DNA of 64,000 nucleotides from NCBI GenBank assembly GCA_012295275.1, contig CM022676.1:11470001-11534000 (forward strand), given 5' to 3'. Below are positions 18,321 to 33,405 of this stretch, in pieces (within the stretch, counting starts at the first letter, position 1; each line of letters opens with the position of its first letter). Made by a program: the position numbers and the translations under genes. A model generated the notes under the pieces. That model was not told the origin of the DNA and searched no databases. It was given only the letters and a program-made list of their open reading frames with translations. The stretch comes from Chrysomallon squamiferum (taxonomy: Eukaryota > Animalia > Mollusca).

Positions 18321-18326
18321 CACGTG
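18321..18326. promoter_or_regulatory. Canonical E-box (CACGTG) ~55 nt upstream of the fibrillarin ATG, in a CpG-containing promoter region
   Basis: CACGTG is seen directly. Myc E-boxes near the TSS are characteristic of ribosome-biogenesis genes including fibrillarin (established in Drosophila and mammals). Function here is inferred. Confidence 0.5.
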
Positions 18327-18415
18327 TTTATCGCCGCGTTGACCCACAATTCATTATCCGGTTCAGGGAGATCACTCTATCAAATATCCTATTTACCGTA
18401 AATACCATAAATTTG

Positions 18416-18464
<49 letters not shown>

Positions 18465-18528
18465 AAATTATCATTGTCTTATCACCATTTATTTCGGTTG
18501 TAGTCCATCGCATTTATGAAGTTTAAAA

Positions 18529-18561
<33 letters not shown>

Positions 18562-19443
18562 GTTATTGTTATTGTTATTGTTATTGTTATTATTATTATT
18601 ATTACCACCGCATGCGTATTTACTATAAAGAGGGCGATTAGTGTCATGACGCACTTTAATTATTTACATCCACTGGTTTACGAAGAATCTGTGAAGCAAA
18701 TAAAAGTAAGTAATTTATATATTTATGCTTATCTATTACATATATATTGTCTGTATAAAACAAAATTAATATAACTATGAAGGAGACTATACAAATTAAA
18801 TGGCTGAAAATAAAGATTATACACTTGCATATATGAACAAAATACACATGTAAACACTTAACATATGACTATATCAAATAATAGTGAAAAGATGTTTTTG
18901 TTTTTCTTAAAGCAAAAAAAGAAAAGGTATACTTTGTGTCTATACTGCTAATGGACAATAAATGCGAAAACAGATTATCACTGCGTGCGAATTTCATTTT
19001 AAAAAGTAATAGCACAACACACGTTCCTTGCATGATCTAGGCACCTGTTATAACGTTGTGATATTATGACGTTACTCAATTGTTAAAATGGCCCTGAATT
19101 AATTTCTAAGTCAGAGTGCACTTTAAATAGCATTGTTTTAGCACGACATCGTAAGTAACTGATTGTATGCAATAATTAGAAATATTGGTTAGATACAAAT
19201 TATTAATATTAATTATTACTAGTGTATTCTTCCTTAAAGAATAAGTAATAATTTAAAGTCTTATGAATCAAAGAAACTGAATATTTCATGTTTTATACCA
19301 CAGAGTTTCATCCAAACATCGATTATTTTAACATTATATTACAATTAGCTAATTATTGTATAATTTTAAGCAATTCTCTAAAATTAAAATCAAATTGTTT
19401 ATATTGTTAAAATGGTTGTTATTCATATTGTTATTGCTGTTGA

Positions 19444-19531
<88 letters not shown>

Positions 19532-19684
19532 TACACGAATAAATACGGTAGTGAATGTCCGGAGTAATTTAGCTAGAGTTACTTCCCTTCAAGAGCTAGT
19601 TCAAAAACTTGAATTTCCATAACAACTTGTTTACGTTTCTGATTTGACAAAGTGCAACCTTCCAGAAATTAGTACAAATTGGTT

Positions 19685-22461
19685 ATGTCAATTATGAGGA
19701 CAGTCTTTACAAGTCGTTCTCATTTAAGACGATTATTAGTTATTTTGTGCGTTTTTTCTGTATTCTGGTATCTCTGGAGTAGGAAATCGATTGAGGGTGA
19801 TGTGGCAGGCAAAAAAGGTGTTCAAGGCTATATAAAATACCAAGACGTTGTAAATATTGCAAAACGAAACCATCGTCTGACATTTAAAAACAGAAAGTTT
19901 TATCTTGGAGGCAGTCCTTTCACGATTTTAAGCGGAGCTATTCATTATTTTCGAGTTGTACCAGAATACTGGAAGGACAGATTACTCAAATTGAAAGCGT
20001 GCGGACTGAACACGGTGGAAACGTACGTGTAGTAAAATATTAATTGTTGTTTTTTTTAAAGTTTTTTTACAGCGTGCGGCAATCACTTGATCCGAGCTTA
20101 GCTAGAGAATTTATTGATCGTACGATCATACCTGCCGAGTGACTGCTGTGTATCGCTGTTTAAAGCCAATACTCACAGCTGTTTTCAAACTTTCCAAAGC
20201 TGTTGTATGTGTTTGGCAGTTACCAGAATATACTTTAATAAATAAACGCCATGTCAGAAGTGAACAACGTTTGTTGTCAAAAGTCACCAGTGAAATACAG
20301 AAACAGCAAAAATACAGAAACAAATAAATAAATAAATGAATAATAAAATATATATTATACTATTTAGGTATAGTAAGAAAGAAAAAGAAAAGAAAATATA
20401 GTTATCAGTAAAATTTATTTATTTAATATTATAGTTTATTATTTTATATTATTTTTTAAAAATAAAGTTTCTTCTGCATTTACCTACCCAAAGACAGGAG
20501 AAGACATACTGTTTGATAAACCATTTGTGGGTATCAGCTAAAATAACCTAATAGGAGCAGGAGAAACAGGACAAAAATACATACATGTATACACACACAC
20601 ACACTTAAATAAAACTAACTATAGCTATCAATATTTTATTTATTAATATTATTATTGTTTGTTTTTATTATTATTATTGTTGTTATTATTTTTTATTATC
20701 ATATTTATCATTATTATTGCTATTGCTATTGGTTATTATCATTGTTATTATTTATTATTATTATTATCATTTGTTATTATTATTACTATTATTTTAAATT
20801 ATTATTATTATTATAAATGTATATAAAAATGTTGATAAATATTTTCCCCATCTTCTTAGAGTTACATGTAGTGAATTTTAGATGATTTGTATTCTAAAAC
20901 ATCTCGTTATATCACCCAGTTTATTATGTAACTAACATAAACAAGTTTGACTGTAAATTATATCTTTATCTACATTTCCTGGAATTTATATAATTTGTTT
21001 TTCCCATTCTAGGTATGTTTCCTGGAATCTGCATGAACCTGTGCCAGGAAAGTTTGTATTCACAGGAATGTTGGATATTAGGTTTGTTTTTTGTCTGGTA
21101 CAAAATTGACACACAAAATAAGACATCTGATACAATATCTGACACACAAAATAAGACATCTGATACAATATGTGACACACAAAATAAGACATCTGATACA
21201 ATATGTGACACACAAAATAAGACATTTGATACAATATGTGACACACAAAATAAGACATCTGATACAATATGTGACACACAAAATAAGACAGTTAACTAGA
21301 CAATGAAATGGTTGTATTTTCTGTGTGTTTGTGTGAATACATTTATGTAAATGTTGATAGCTGTATAGTTTGTGTAAATGTATAGTTTACGTCTGTGTGT
21401 TTGTGTAGAGGGTGAGTGTGTGTGTTACTAAATGAAATTTCTGCTGTTTCAGGTAGTACGTACAGATAGCAATGTAAGTGCTGTTCCTTAGTTTAACATG
21501 AATTTTGTTCAATGTATTACAGTTCATTACAGTAGACTGCTATTCATATTCAGTTTTGAATCAAAGGATTTTCCTGTGTTGCGTACACAAAACCAATGCA
21601 GACATTAACAAATTTGATATACTTTGCTTGCCATACATAAAATACACAGTACATTAACAGTGAATGATTGCATTTAACTATAGCGTGCTTTGAAGTTTAG
21701 TTTCTTTGTTGTATTATAGTGGTCAGAAATAAAACCAATGTAGACATGAACAAATTATCTAAATGGTTGCATAATAATATGAACAGATTCTGAGTTGTAT
21801 TCTGAATATGTAGAGCCTGCTACAAAACTGTAAACTGTTTATATTGTGTCTTAATAGCAGCTTTTGTTAAAGCAGCTGTTACTGTCCTATAGAAAAATGT
21901 CAAACATGTCTTTGACAGATTCTTATATAAAACCTGTTCAAAATGTTATAAATTTGTTTTAACCAGTTTCATGGAGGCCTCATAAACTACTCCAAATGTT
22001 AAAGAAAGTAAAATGTTTATTTAATTTAATTCATTTCATAGAAAATGTCTGTTGGTGTGCCATGACAAAAAATACAATGATTGTGCATATTTTGTTTTTC
22101 CACCAGTTTTCTTGATTTTACTAAGTCCATTATAATACAAGTATCAATAGCTATCAGATAGAAAATAGCTCAAACTGCCTGTTTTTACCTAAATTTGGTG
22201 AAGAACCATTTTACTAACATCTTGCACTGAACAAAATAAGCTCAAACTGCCTGTTTTTACCTAAATTTGGTGAAGAACCATTTTACTAACATCTTGCACT
22301 GAACAAAATAACCCCAAAACATGTACTAGCATTCAGTGCGCATGAAACTACCAACATGAAATGTCTACAGACAGATTTTGGACACTTTAGACATTGGACT
22401 GACTAAAAATCCACCTTGATGTCCACATACATCATGTTTGTAGAAACAGGAAAACAACAAC

Positions 22462-22497
<36 letters not shown>

Positions 22498-22892
22498 AAC
22501 ACTTGTAGCGATACACAGTGAACAGTGTGCTGTTGCATGCAACAACAATACTTTACTTGTTTCAGTTTTTGCCACCATTATTTACAGATACCAAAAAATA
22601 AAAAAATAAAAACAACAAAACACCCACATTAAATTCTGCAGTTAAATCAAAATTACCTACCTGCTAACAGTTCACCTCTTGAAAATCTCACAGAACAAAA
22701 ACACTTTTCACCAACTGTTCCAACTTTCAGTTCATCTCCCCTTTTACAACAGTTCTACACTGCACAACCAGTTTAAGTGAGCCACTTGTGTAATCACACT
22801 CGTATATTCATACCTGTCCATAGATACCTTTGTGACAGTTTAAATGTTGATGTGGCTCTTTTCTGTTTGTGACTGTGTGTATATATACTTGT

Positions 22893-22925
<33 letters not shown>

Positions 22926-22993
22926 GTGTGAGTGTGTGTGAGTGTATAAGTGTGTGTGTGAGATATATCTGTGTGTTAGTGTGTGTGTGACAC

Positions 22994-23025
<32 letters not shown>

Positions 23026-26000
23026 CTCTGTGTGTGAGAGTGTCTGTGTGTCTGTCTGTGTGTGTGTGTGAGATGTGTCTGTGTGTATCTGTGTGTGTGA
23101 GATGTGTCTCTGTGTGTTAAATGCTGTGTCTCGCTGTTACAGGAAGTACATACAGACAGCACAGGAGATTGGACTGTATGTGATTCTGCGACCGGGTCCA
23201 TACATCTGTTCAGAATGGGATTTCGGTGGACTGCCAAGGTGTGTTCACTTTTACACTAATTGTTTACCTGTAAATCTACTCAGCAGGTGAAAAGATAATA
23301 AATGAAAAACATGCAAGAAAATCTAATTAAAAGTTGGGAAAGAGAATAATCAATAAAAAGTTGAAATGAAAGAAAGAAAAACAGTTAAATAAAAAAAATA
23401 AAAAACAGGTATTGATAAATGTTTGACATCTGTTTGATTCACTGTTGGGAAACCACGGAAATATCAATTAACTCTTTGTTAATCACATATCTTTCTCTCT
23501 TGTCTCTTATTTTCCTTTCATTTATTTTGATTTAATTTTATTTATTTTAATATTATTTTATTTTTCTTTCATTTATTTTATTTTTCTTTCATTTATTTTA
23601 TTTTAATTTTATTTAATTTAATATTATTTTATTTTTCATTCATTTATTTTATTTTAATGTTATTTAATTTAATATTATTTTATTTTTCATTCATTTATTT
23701 TATTTTAATTTAATTTATTTTAATATTATTTTATTTGTCTTTCATTTGTTTTATTTTAATGTTATTTATTTTAATATTATTTTATTTGTCTTTCATTTAC
23801 GTACAGTTGGTTGCTTGCTGATCCAAACATGAAGGTTCGTTCTAACTACCCAGGTTACAAGAAGGCAGCTGAAAGGTTTTTTGAAAACCTGCTTCCCAGA
23901 ATAAGAAACCTGCAGGTTGCTTTTTTGTTGTTTTTTTCAAAATAAATTTTCTTTCATTCATCTTTCTCTCGTCATCCGTCGTTTGCTCTTTTTCTTTCTT
24001 TCTTTCTGCTTGTCGTTATTTCCCTTATTAACACATCAAAGTCGTAGAATTCCTACATCATTCACTTCATTTCCTGTTCTAACAGGGAGGTAACTCTTCC
24101 CTTTCTGTCACACTGAAGAAGTTTTTCGTGATTCTGTCAGTCTGGCTTTCTCCTAATTCTCAGCACTGAGTCAGGAGTCAGTTTTAATCCTCAGGTTGTA
24201 TTGTTTGTTTCATGGCCACCAATGCAAAACGATTACAGAGTGAAACTGTGACTGAAACCTGCTGGCTGGCTAACCATCACCTCAAAAAGTCCAAATCATC
24301 CAGTGTAGTGGACACTCCAAGATTTCATTTAATTTTACAGTTGTCTCAGTCTTTTCTTGTAATGTGTGATACCCAGTCTTTTGTTGTAATGTGTGACACT
24401 TGGTCTGTAGTTGTAATGTTAATTTGTTTTCAGTATTCACAGGGAGGTCCTATCATTGCTGTGCAAGTAGAAAACGAGTTCGGGTCTTACAGCAATGAAA
24501 CCAAACACCTCACTTTTCTAAAAGACGTAAGTCTTCCATCGTTTAATTGTTTATTTCTTTGTCATCTGTAATTTTTTATTTATTTTTTATTTATTTATTT
24601 ATTTATTTGTTTGTTTGTTTGTTTGTTTGTTTGTTTATTTAGCTATTATTTATTTATTTATTTATTTATTTATATAATTTATCACTCTTGGAATTTTTAA
24701 TTTTTTCAGGATCTGTTCTCTAGTTCTGAATCATTTTGATTGCAGTTTTAATGTGTTCATTGCTGTAACTCTTCTGTTATTTTCATTGTTGTGTTTGTTA
24801 TTTGTAGCTCCTGCATCAGAACGGTATAATGGAGCTGTTAGTCACTTCAGACAATCTAAACGGGATGAACAGAGCTCCTTTCCATGACGGTAAATACACC
24901 GTGTCACACTCAGTCTGTTTATGTAACGTGTCACACTCAGTCTGTTGGTGTACTGTGTCACACTTGGTCTTTAGTTTAATACACCACTTCAGTTGGATTT
25001 TTGGTTGTTTTGTTTTGTTGGGGTTTTATGGCTTTTTGTTTTCCCACTATTTAAAATAATTATTTTTTTTATGAGTTTTATTAATTATTATTATTATTTT
25101 TTTAAATCAGATGCTCTGCCAATGGCCAACTTCAAGTTCCTGGCTGAGGGTTTAAAGATTTTTGAGAAGATAAAGAAGATGAATCGTGACTTTCCTCTGA
25201 TGGTTCTCGAGTTCTGGACAGGCTGGTTTGACCACTGGGGTGTCAAACACAAAGGTTTCGTTGTGTCAGGTAAACAAACACAATCATCAGAAATTAAATA
25301 AACAAAAATAAAAACAAATTTAAAAATAGTAATAAAAAGTAAAAATAATACTAATAAATAAGAAAATTAAAATTAAAAATTAAATAAAAGAAATAATAAT
25401 ATAAGAAAAGCAAAACTACTGACAACTGATAATTAAATTTTTATTATTTTACTTTTTAAATTATTTATTATCACCATTATGTGTTGTTATTGTTATTATT
25501 GTTATTGTCACACAGAGTACTCTAAAGCACTGGAAGGGATTCTGAAAGAAAAGGCGTCTGTCAATCTGTACATGTTTCACTATGATTGTTATTGTTATTG
25601 TTATTATTATTATTGTTATTGTTATTGTTGTTATTGTTATTGTTATTATTGTTATTGTCACACAGAGTACTCTAAAGCACTGGAAGGGATTCTGAAAGAA
25701 AAGGCGTCTGTCAATCTGTACATGTTTCACTATGATTGTTTTGTTATTGTTTTATTATTATTGTTATTTTATTGTTGTTGTGTTTGGTTATTATTGTTAT
25801 TGTCACACAGAAACACTAAAGCACTGGAAGGGATTCTGAAAGAAAATGAGTCTGTCAATCTGTACATGAATGGAGGGACAAACTTTGGTTTTTAAACATT
25901 CACAAACCTGACGTCAAGTACGGTTTGTTGTGTTTTACCTGCTCTTGTTTCTTCCTGTGTTTGGGAAGGTGCATGAGAAACACTGTTGTTGCTGTGTTGA

Positions 26001-26222
26001 GTGTGATGAGATAGTAAGAATGAAACACTTGTTTAAACATGAGAACATGAAAGTGTTGATGTTTCATTCGTTATTCATTCATTCATTCATTCACTTGTGT
26101 CTGTGTGTGTGTGTGTGTGTGTGTGTCTATGTGTGTGTGTGTTTATAACAGTATAATATATATGTGTGTGTGTATGTATGTTAATTTAACTGTCAGAAGA
26201 TGTGTGTGTGTGTGTTTAACAG

Positions 26223-26265
<43 letters not shown>

Positions 26266-27828
26266 ATGTGTATGTTAATTTAAATGTTTTTCAGACTACG
26301 ATGCTCCACTGTCGGAGGACGGACACATCACAGAAAAATACGTGATAACAAAGAAAATCCTGATGAACAGCGTTCTGAAAGAAATGGGTATTTTTAACTA
26401 CTTCACTACTTCACACAAAAACAACAACAAACAGCCCACCCCTTCACTACTTCACACAAAAACAACAACAAACAGCCCACCCCAACAAAACTGCAGCTGT
26501 AACCTTGTTTCTGGTGCTATTTTTAGAATAAATGTATTCTGCATTGTGATAGGTTTATTCATCCAGCCAATAACAGGAGCTGTTATATCCCAACATAAGA
26601 AAGTTAGATAGTTTACAACACTTACTTTCAGTTGTTGTTGTCTACTTAATATTATCAAAGAAAAGAAAAAAAAAACAATAGAAGTAATTAAAAATGAAAT
26701 TATTCTGTGATAATCATTTTCAAATGTTCATTTATATGAAGCATGCTTATCTGAATGCTGGTTGTTTTTATTTTGTTTTTTAATTTATTTTATTTTATTT
26801 TTTTATTTATTTTTTTAATATATATATATATATATATGTGTGTGTGTATGTGTATTTATGTATGTATATGTGTGTGTGTGCATGTGTGTGTGTATGTATG
26901 TATGAAATAGTATTTTTGAATGTATATTTGTATAGTGTTTTATGGTTGTAGGTCTAATCAAGATTATTTTCATATTTTTGATTTAGTGCAGTATTATAAT
27001 TTTAGTTTGTTTGTTTTTGTTTTTTTTGTTCAGGAATTCATGAACTTGCTCCACCCCCAGAACGAATTCCTCGAGTTGGATACGGTAAACCACTTTTCAT
27101 TTCTTTTTTCTTCTTTTCATTTCTTTTTTCTTTTTCATTTCTTTTCATTTCTGTATTTTCTTTTTTCTTATGTTTTCCTTTTGTTTCTTTCTTTATTTAT
27201 TTCTTCATATTTTTTAAACCTACTTACAAAGGAACAAAAAGCTGATGTATTAATGTTTATAAATTTAATTTTATTGTTTTGTAATGTTTCAGGAACAGTG
27301 AAAATTATAAGTTATCTCCCTTATAATTACGTCGTGGAAGCGCAAAAGGTTTGTATAATAAAAAAAATATAAAAAAATTAAAATGTTTTTTTTTTTTTTC
27401 AAAAGATGAAAATAATTGCCTTTTAAAAATAGCAATAAAATGATGATGTTTTATGTTTTTATTTAAAAAATAAGTTAAAAAGAAATTTATTTTGAGATTT
27501 ATTTAATTTAAAAGATTTCTTCTTTTGATGTTTTTACATAGACTGAACTGTAACATCACAGAGGAAACTCAATTTAAAATAGTCGCTCTGTTTATTAATT
27601 TTCTTAAACTTTGTCCATTTCAAAGTTTCGGTGATGTTCTTTTTTTTTTAATCTTACTTTTCTTTTTTCCTTTTTTCTTTTTCTTTAATTTTTTAAAATT
27701 TTTAATTTTTAATTATCTATTTATTTATTTATTTATTTTTATTTATGAATATTTGACAAGCAATTTAAACAATAACAAAGTATAAATATTTGGAAAACAA
27801 TAAGAACAATCACCAAACAGAAACAGTA

Positions 27829-27859
<31 letters not shown>

Positions 27860-29586
27860 GACAAAACAAAAGAGCTGTTGTTTGTTTCAGGACAACGTTG
27901 AGCTGCGAGAGCCAGCGTGGATGGAGATGTTGAAGTTGTCGTCAGGCTATGGACAAAGTTACGGCTACATCGTCTACCGCAAACAGATACGACGAGGAAG
28001 TAAAATAATAATAAGTGGAACTGTGAGAGACCGAGCTCTCGTGAGTAACTCACTTCATGTTAGCTAACTTTATCTTAACTCACTTCATCTTAACTAACTT
28101 CATCTTAACTAACTTTATCTTAACTAACTTTATCTTAACTCACTTCATCTTAGCTAACTTTATCTTAACTCACTTCATCTTAACTAACTTTATCTTAACT
28201 AACTTTATCTTAACTAACTTTATCTTAGCTAACTTTATCTTAACTAACTTTATCTCAACTAATTTTATCTTAACTAACTTTATCTCAACTAATTTTATCT
28301 TAACTAACTTTATCTCAACTAATTTTATCTTAACTAACTTTATCTTAACTAACTTTATCTTAACTAACTTTATCTCAACTAATTTTATCTTAGTTACATT
28401 TATCTAGCTAACTTTTTCTTAAACTTTATCTCAACTAGCTTTATCTCAGAAGCTTCAGATTTAAAGCTTCATCTTAACTCAACTTGATCATAACTAACTT
28501 TAACATCCTAACTTGATCTTAAAACTTTATCTCAACTAAATTTTATCTAACAAACTTTATCTTTTTTATTTTAACTTCATTGTGGTTTATCTTAGCTAAC
28601 TTTATCTTAACTAACTTTATTTAGAGTCTTCATCTTAGCTAACTTTATCTTAACTAACTTTATCTTAACTAACTTTATCCTAACAGATTTATCAGGTCTT
28701 TATCTTAGCTAACTTTATCTTGTCTTTATCTTAACTCACTTCATGTTGCTAACTTTATCTTAACTAACTTTATCTTAGCTAACTTTATCTTAACTCACTT
28801 CATGTTAGCTAACTTTATCTTAGCTAACTTTATCTTAACTAACTTTATCTTAGCTAACTTCATCTTAACTAACTTTATCTTAACTCACTTCATCTTAACT
28901 CACTTCATCTTAGCTAACTTCATCTTAACTTTCATGTTCAGTCTTTCTGTCTAACTAACTTTATCTTATGTGTAACTTTGTGTTCATGTAACTAACTTTA
29001 TCTTAACTCAGCTCATCTTAACTCACTTCATGTTAGCTAACTTCATCTTAACTCACTTCATCTTAGCTAACTTCATCTTAACTCACTTCATCTCAACTAA
29101 CTTTATCTCAACTAATTTTATCTCAACTAACTTTATCTTAACTAACATTTATCTGTGTTGTATGAGATATAGTTACATTTATCTTGTATTTTTCTTAAAC
29201 TTTGTCAGTTCTCGAGAATCAGATTTAAAATTAAAAGTGTGTAAAGTTAACATCCACACAAAGTGAGTAAAGTTAACAAAGTTTGTTTTGTTTTTAGATT
29301 GTGTGTGTATGTGTCTGTGTGTCTGTTTGTGAGTTTCATGTACCAGACCAGACAGTTAAATTACCACAGACTCAGGTCAGTTTCCTCAGTCTGTCTGTCT
29401 GTCTGTCTGTTTGTGTGTGTGAGTCTGTGTGTCTCTGTGTGTGTGTCTCATGTACCAGACCAGACAGTTAAATTACCACAAACTCAGGTCAGTTTCATCT
29501 GTCTGTCTGTCTGCCTGTCTGTGTGTGTCTCATGTACCAGACCAGACAGTTAAATTAACCACAGACTCAGGTCAGTTTCATCTGCC

Positions 29587-29621
<35 letters not shown>

Positions 29622-29723
29622 CTGTGTGTCTCATGTACCAGACCAGACCTGTGTGTGTGTGTTGTGTGTCTGTGTGTATAAGTGTGTGTGTGTGTGTGTA
29701 TGTGAGTGTGTGTGTGTGTGTCT

Positions 29724-29756
<33 letters not shown>

Positions 29757-32700
29757 TGTGTGTGTGTGTGTCTCGTGTGTGTGTGTGTGTGTCAGTGTGT
29801 GTGTGTGTATGTGACATACTTTAATAAATGAGATATTTAAAAATGTTTATTTCAGTCGTCACTGGTGACACTGGACATCATGGTGGAGAATCTGGGAAGA
29901 GTGAACTACGTCAGCTTCATGTCACCCAGACTGAACCTGCAGCGGAAAGGTGAGAGAAAGAAAAAACAAAAACTTTCAAATAAATATTAAAAATATAAAA
30001 CTTTAAAAATATAAATAACATATTAAAAATATAAAACTTTAAAAATATAAATAAATATTAAAAATATAAAACTTATTAATGGAACAGTGTATTTAGATAA
30101 ACTGACATTTTAAATTTTATACAGGAATCAATTAATGATAAAACATTTTCTATTTTTAGATAAACAGTGATTTAGATAAACTGACATTTTTGATTTTATA
30201 CAGGAATCAATGGAACATTGTATTTAGATAAACTGACATTTTAAATTTTATACAAGAATCAATGGAACATTGTATTTAGATAAACTGACATTTTTGATTT
30301 TATACAGGAATCAATGGAACTGATATTTTAAATTTTATACAGGAATCAATGGAACAGTGTATTTAGATAAACTGATATTTTTAATTTTATACAGGAATTA
30401 ATGGAACAGTGTATTTAGATAAACTGATATTTTTAATTTTATACAGGAATCAATGGAACAGTGTATTTAGATAAACTGATATTTTAAATTTTATACAGGA
30501 ATCAATGGAACAGTGTATTTAGATAAACTGATATTTTTGATTTTTTTAAATTTTAAACTGATATTTTTGATTTTATACAGGGATCAATGGATCAGTGTAT
30601 TTAGATGGCACACCACAGTTGAAATGGCAGGTCTACCCACTGGATTTTAGAAACGACCATTTGATGAGGTAAGACTGAATTATTTTTCTTTCTTAAGGTT
30701 AATTTCTTTCTTTCTTAAGGTTTATTTGTCTATCCAGGTTTATTTGTTTAATTTGTTTTTGTTTTTTTTATAGCTTTATTTATTTATTTGTTTATCTAGG
30801 TTTGTTTGTTTGTCTTGGGGGGTGTAGCTTTATTGATTTATTTGTTTATCTAGGTTTGTTTGTTTGTTTGTAGCTTTATTGTTTATTTGTTTATCTAGGT
30901 TTGTTTGTTCCTAGTTTAAGTTGTGCTGTGTCTAACTCACTTGTGACATTGCATGCACACAGAATTTCAAACCCCAACAGATTAAATATAGTTACAAAAT
31001 ATTTTTTTTTACTAATAAATGTTAAATGTCTTAAATATTAAAATGTATATTAAATGTTAAAATATATGTAAAATATTTGTAAAATTAAAAAATAACAATT
31101 AAAATATATGTTTGATTTTAAATATTAAAATGTATGTTGAATATTAAGTTAGTTTTGTATTTTGAATTAAAATAACAATTAAAATATATGTATGTGTTAA
31201 TTATTAAAATGTATGATAAAATAGTTCAAAAGCTTGTATTAAACATTAAAATGCATATAAAATGTTTTAAAATGTACATTAAATTTTAAAATGTATATTA
31301 AATATTAAAATATATGTAAAATATTAAAGGGAATGTTTTTAAAATTAAAATGGGTTCAGTTTTACACATCTTTATTGTCATTTTTTCTTCTGTTTGGTGT
31401 TTTTTCACAGGTCAGCAAGTTAACTCTACTCAGACACTCAGACAGTTTGTTTTGCTTGTTTTCAGGATTTCCAGTTCCAACAGTGCAAAGCCATTCACTG
31501 GGAATGGTGCACAGGTCACAAGTTCAGTACTAGCCCACCACACATTGTCTTTGCTTGTCCATTTCAACAGCCATATCACTGGGAACAAAGTTCAGTACTA
31601 GCCAGGGTTCAGTTTTTACATCAGACCTTGTCTTTCTCTGGATGAAGGTCAGACTTGTTCAGCCAGGGTTCAGACATCAGACATTGCTTGTCTTTGCTTG
31701 TCTGTGAGATTTATTTACTTAGCAAAGCCATATCACTGGGAGTGGTGTTTTTAACAAGTTCAGTTTTTACATCAGACATTGCTTGTCTTTGTCTGTCTGT
31801 GAGATTTATTTACTTAGCAAAGCCATATCACTGGGAGTGGTGTTTTTAACAAGTTCAGTACTAGCCAGGGTTCAGTTTTTACATCAGACATTGCTTGTCT
31901 TTGTCTGTCTGTGAGATTTATTTACTTAGCAAAGCCATATCACTGGGAGTGGTGTTTTTAACAAGTTCAGTACTAGCCAGGGTTCAGTTTTTACATCAGA
32001 CATTGCTTGTCTTTGTCTGTCTGTGAGATTTATTTACTTAGCAAAGCCATATCACTGGGAGTGGTGTTTTTAACAAGTTCAGTACTAGCCAGGGTTCAGT
32101 TTTACATCAGACATTGCTTGTCTTTGCCCGTCTGTGAGATTCGTTTACTTTCTGTTAGCAAAGCCATATCACTGGGAGTGGTGTTTTTAACAAGTTCAGT
32201 ACTAGCCAGGGTTCAGTTTTTACATTGCTTGTCTTTGCTTGTCTGTGAGATTTATTTACTTAGCAAAGCCATATCACTGGGAATGGTGTTTTTAACAAGT
32301 TCAGTACTAGCCAGGGTTCAGTTTTTCAGACATTGCTTGTCTTTGCTTGTCTGTGAGATTCATTTACTTAGCAAAGCCATATCACTGGGAGTGGTGTTTT
32401 TAACAAGTTCAGTACTAGCCAGGGTTCAGTTTTTACATTGCTTGTCTTTGCCTGTCTGTGAGATTTATTTACTTTCTGTTAGCAAAGCCATATCACTGGG
32501 AGTGGTGTTTTTAACAAGTTCAGTACTAGCCAGGGTTCAGTTTTTACATTGCTTGTCTTTGTCTGTCTGTGAGATTCATTTACTTTCTGTTAGCACTGGG
32601 AGTGGTGTTTTTCACAAGTTCAGTACTGCCCAGGGTAAAAAAAAATTAGATTGATTTCCCACTCTAACTGCTGCTCCATGTCTATATGTAATTTACTGTC

Positions 32701-32850
32701 TAAGGGAAGGAGCTTACAAAAGATCATTAACTGCTAATAAAAAAGAATTGTCATGTGGACGGATTTTTTTATAAAAAAAATTTTGTACTGTTTCTTTAGC
32801 ATGTGAAAATAACTACAGATTAAAAACTTGTTTAGAACATCATTTGAATC

Positions 32851-32882
<32 letters not shown>

Positions 32883-33054
32883 AGTATATATATATTTTTT
32901 TTTTTTCTGTGGATATTATATTTTAGAATTTGATTCTTCTTCATTACTGATGTTCTATTAATGATTTTCGTACTTAAATATTGGAAATTAGTTCAATGTC
33001 TTGAAAATATGTGATATTACATTTCACTGATGAGAATATATGTGTGTGTGTGTC

Positions 33055-33085
<31 letters not shown>

Positions 33086-33350
33086 GTGTGTATGTATCTG
33101 TGTTACAGGGCTGGCACAAGGGTGTGGTGTTTATCAATGGTTTCAATCTGGGCAGATACTGGATAATTGGGCCACAGAAAACTCTGTACGTCCCTGCACC
33201 ATTGCTTGTCAAGGGAGACAATGAGGTAAACCTTAGTGAACTCCAAGGGAGATAACTTCATCATTTTATTTTAGTCACTTGAAGTTTGACAATTGGTATT
33301 GATATTGTAAATAAGAAACACCCTCTTTCTCTCTCTCCCTCCCTCCCTCC

Positions 33351-33405
<55 letters not shown>

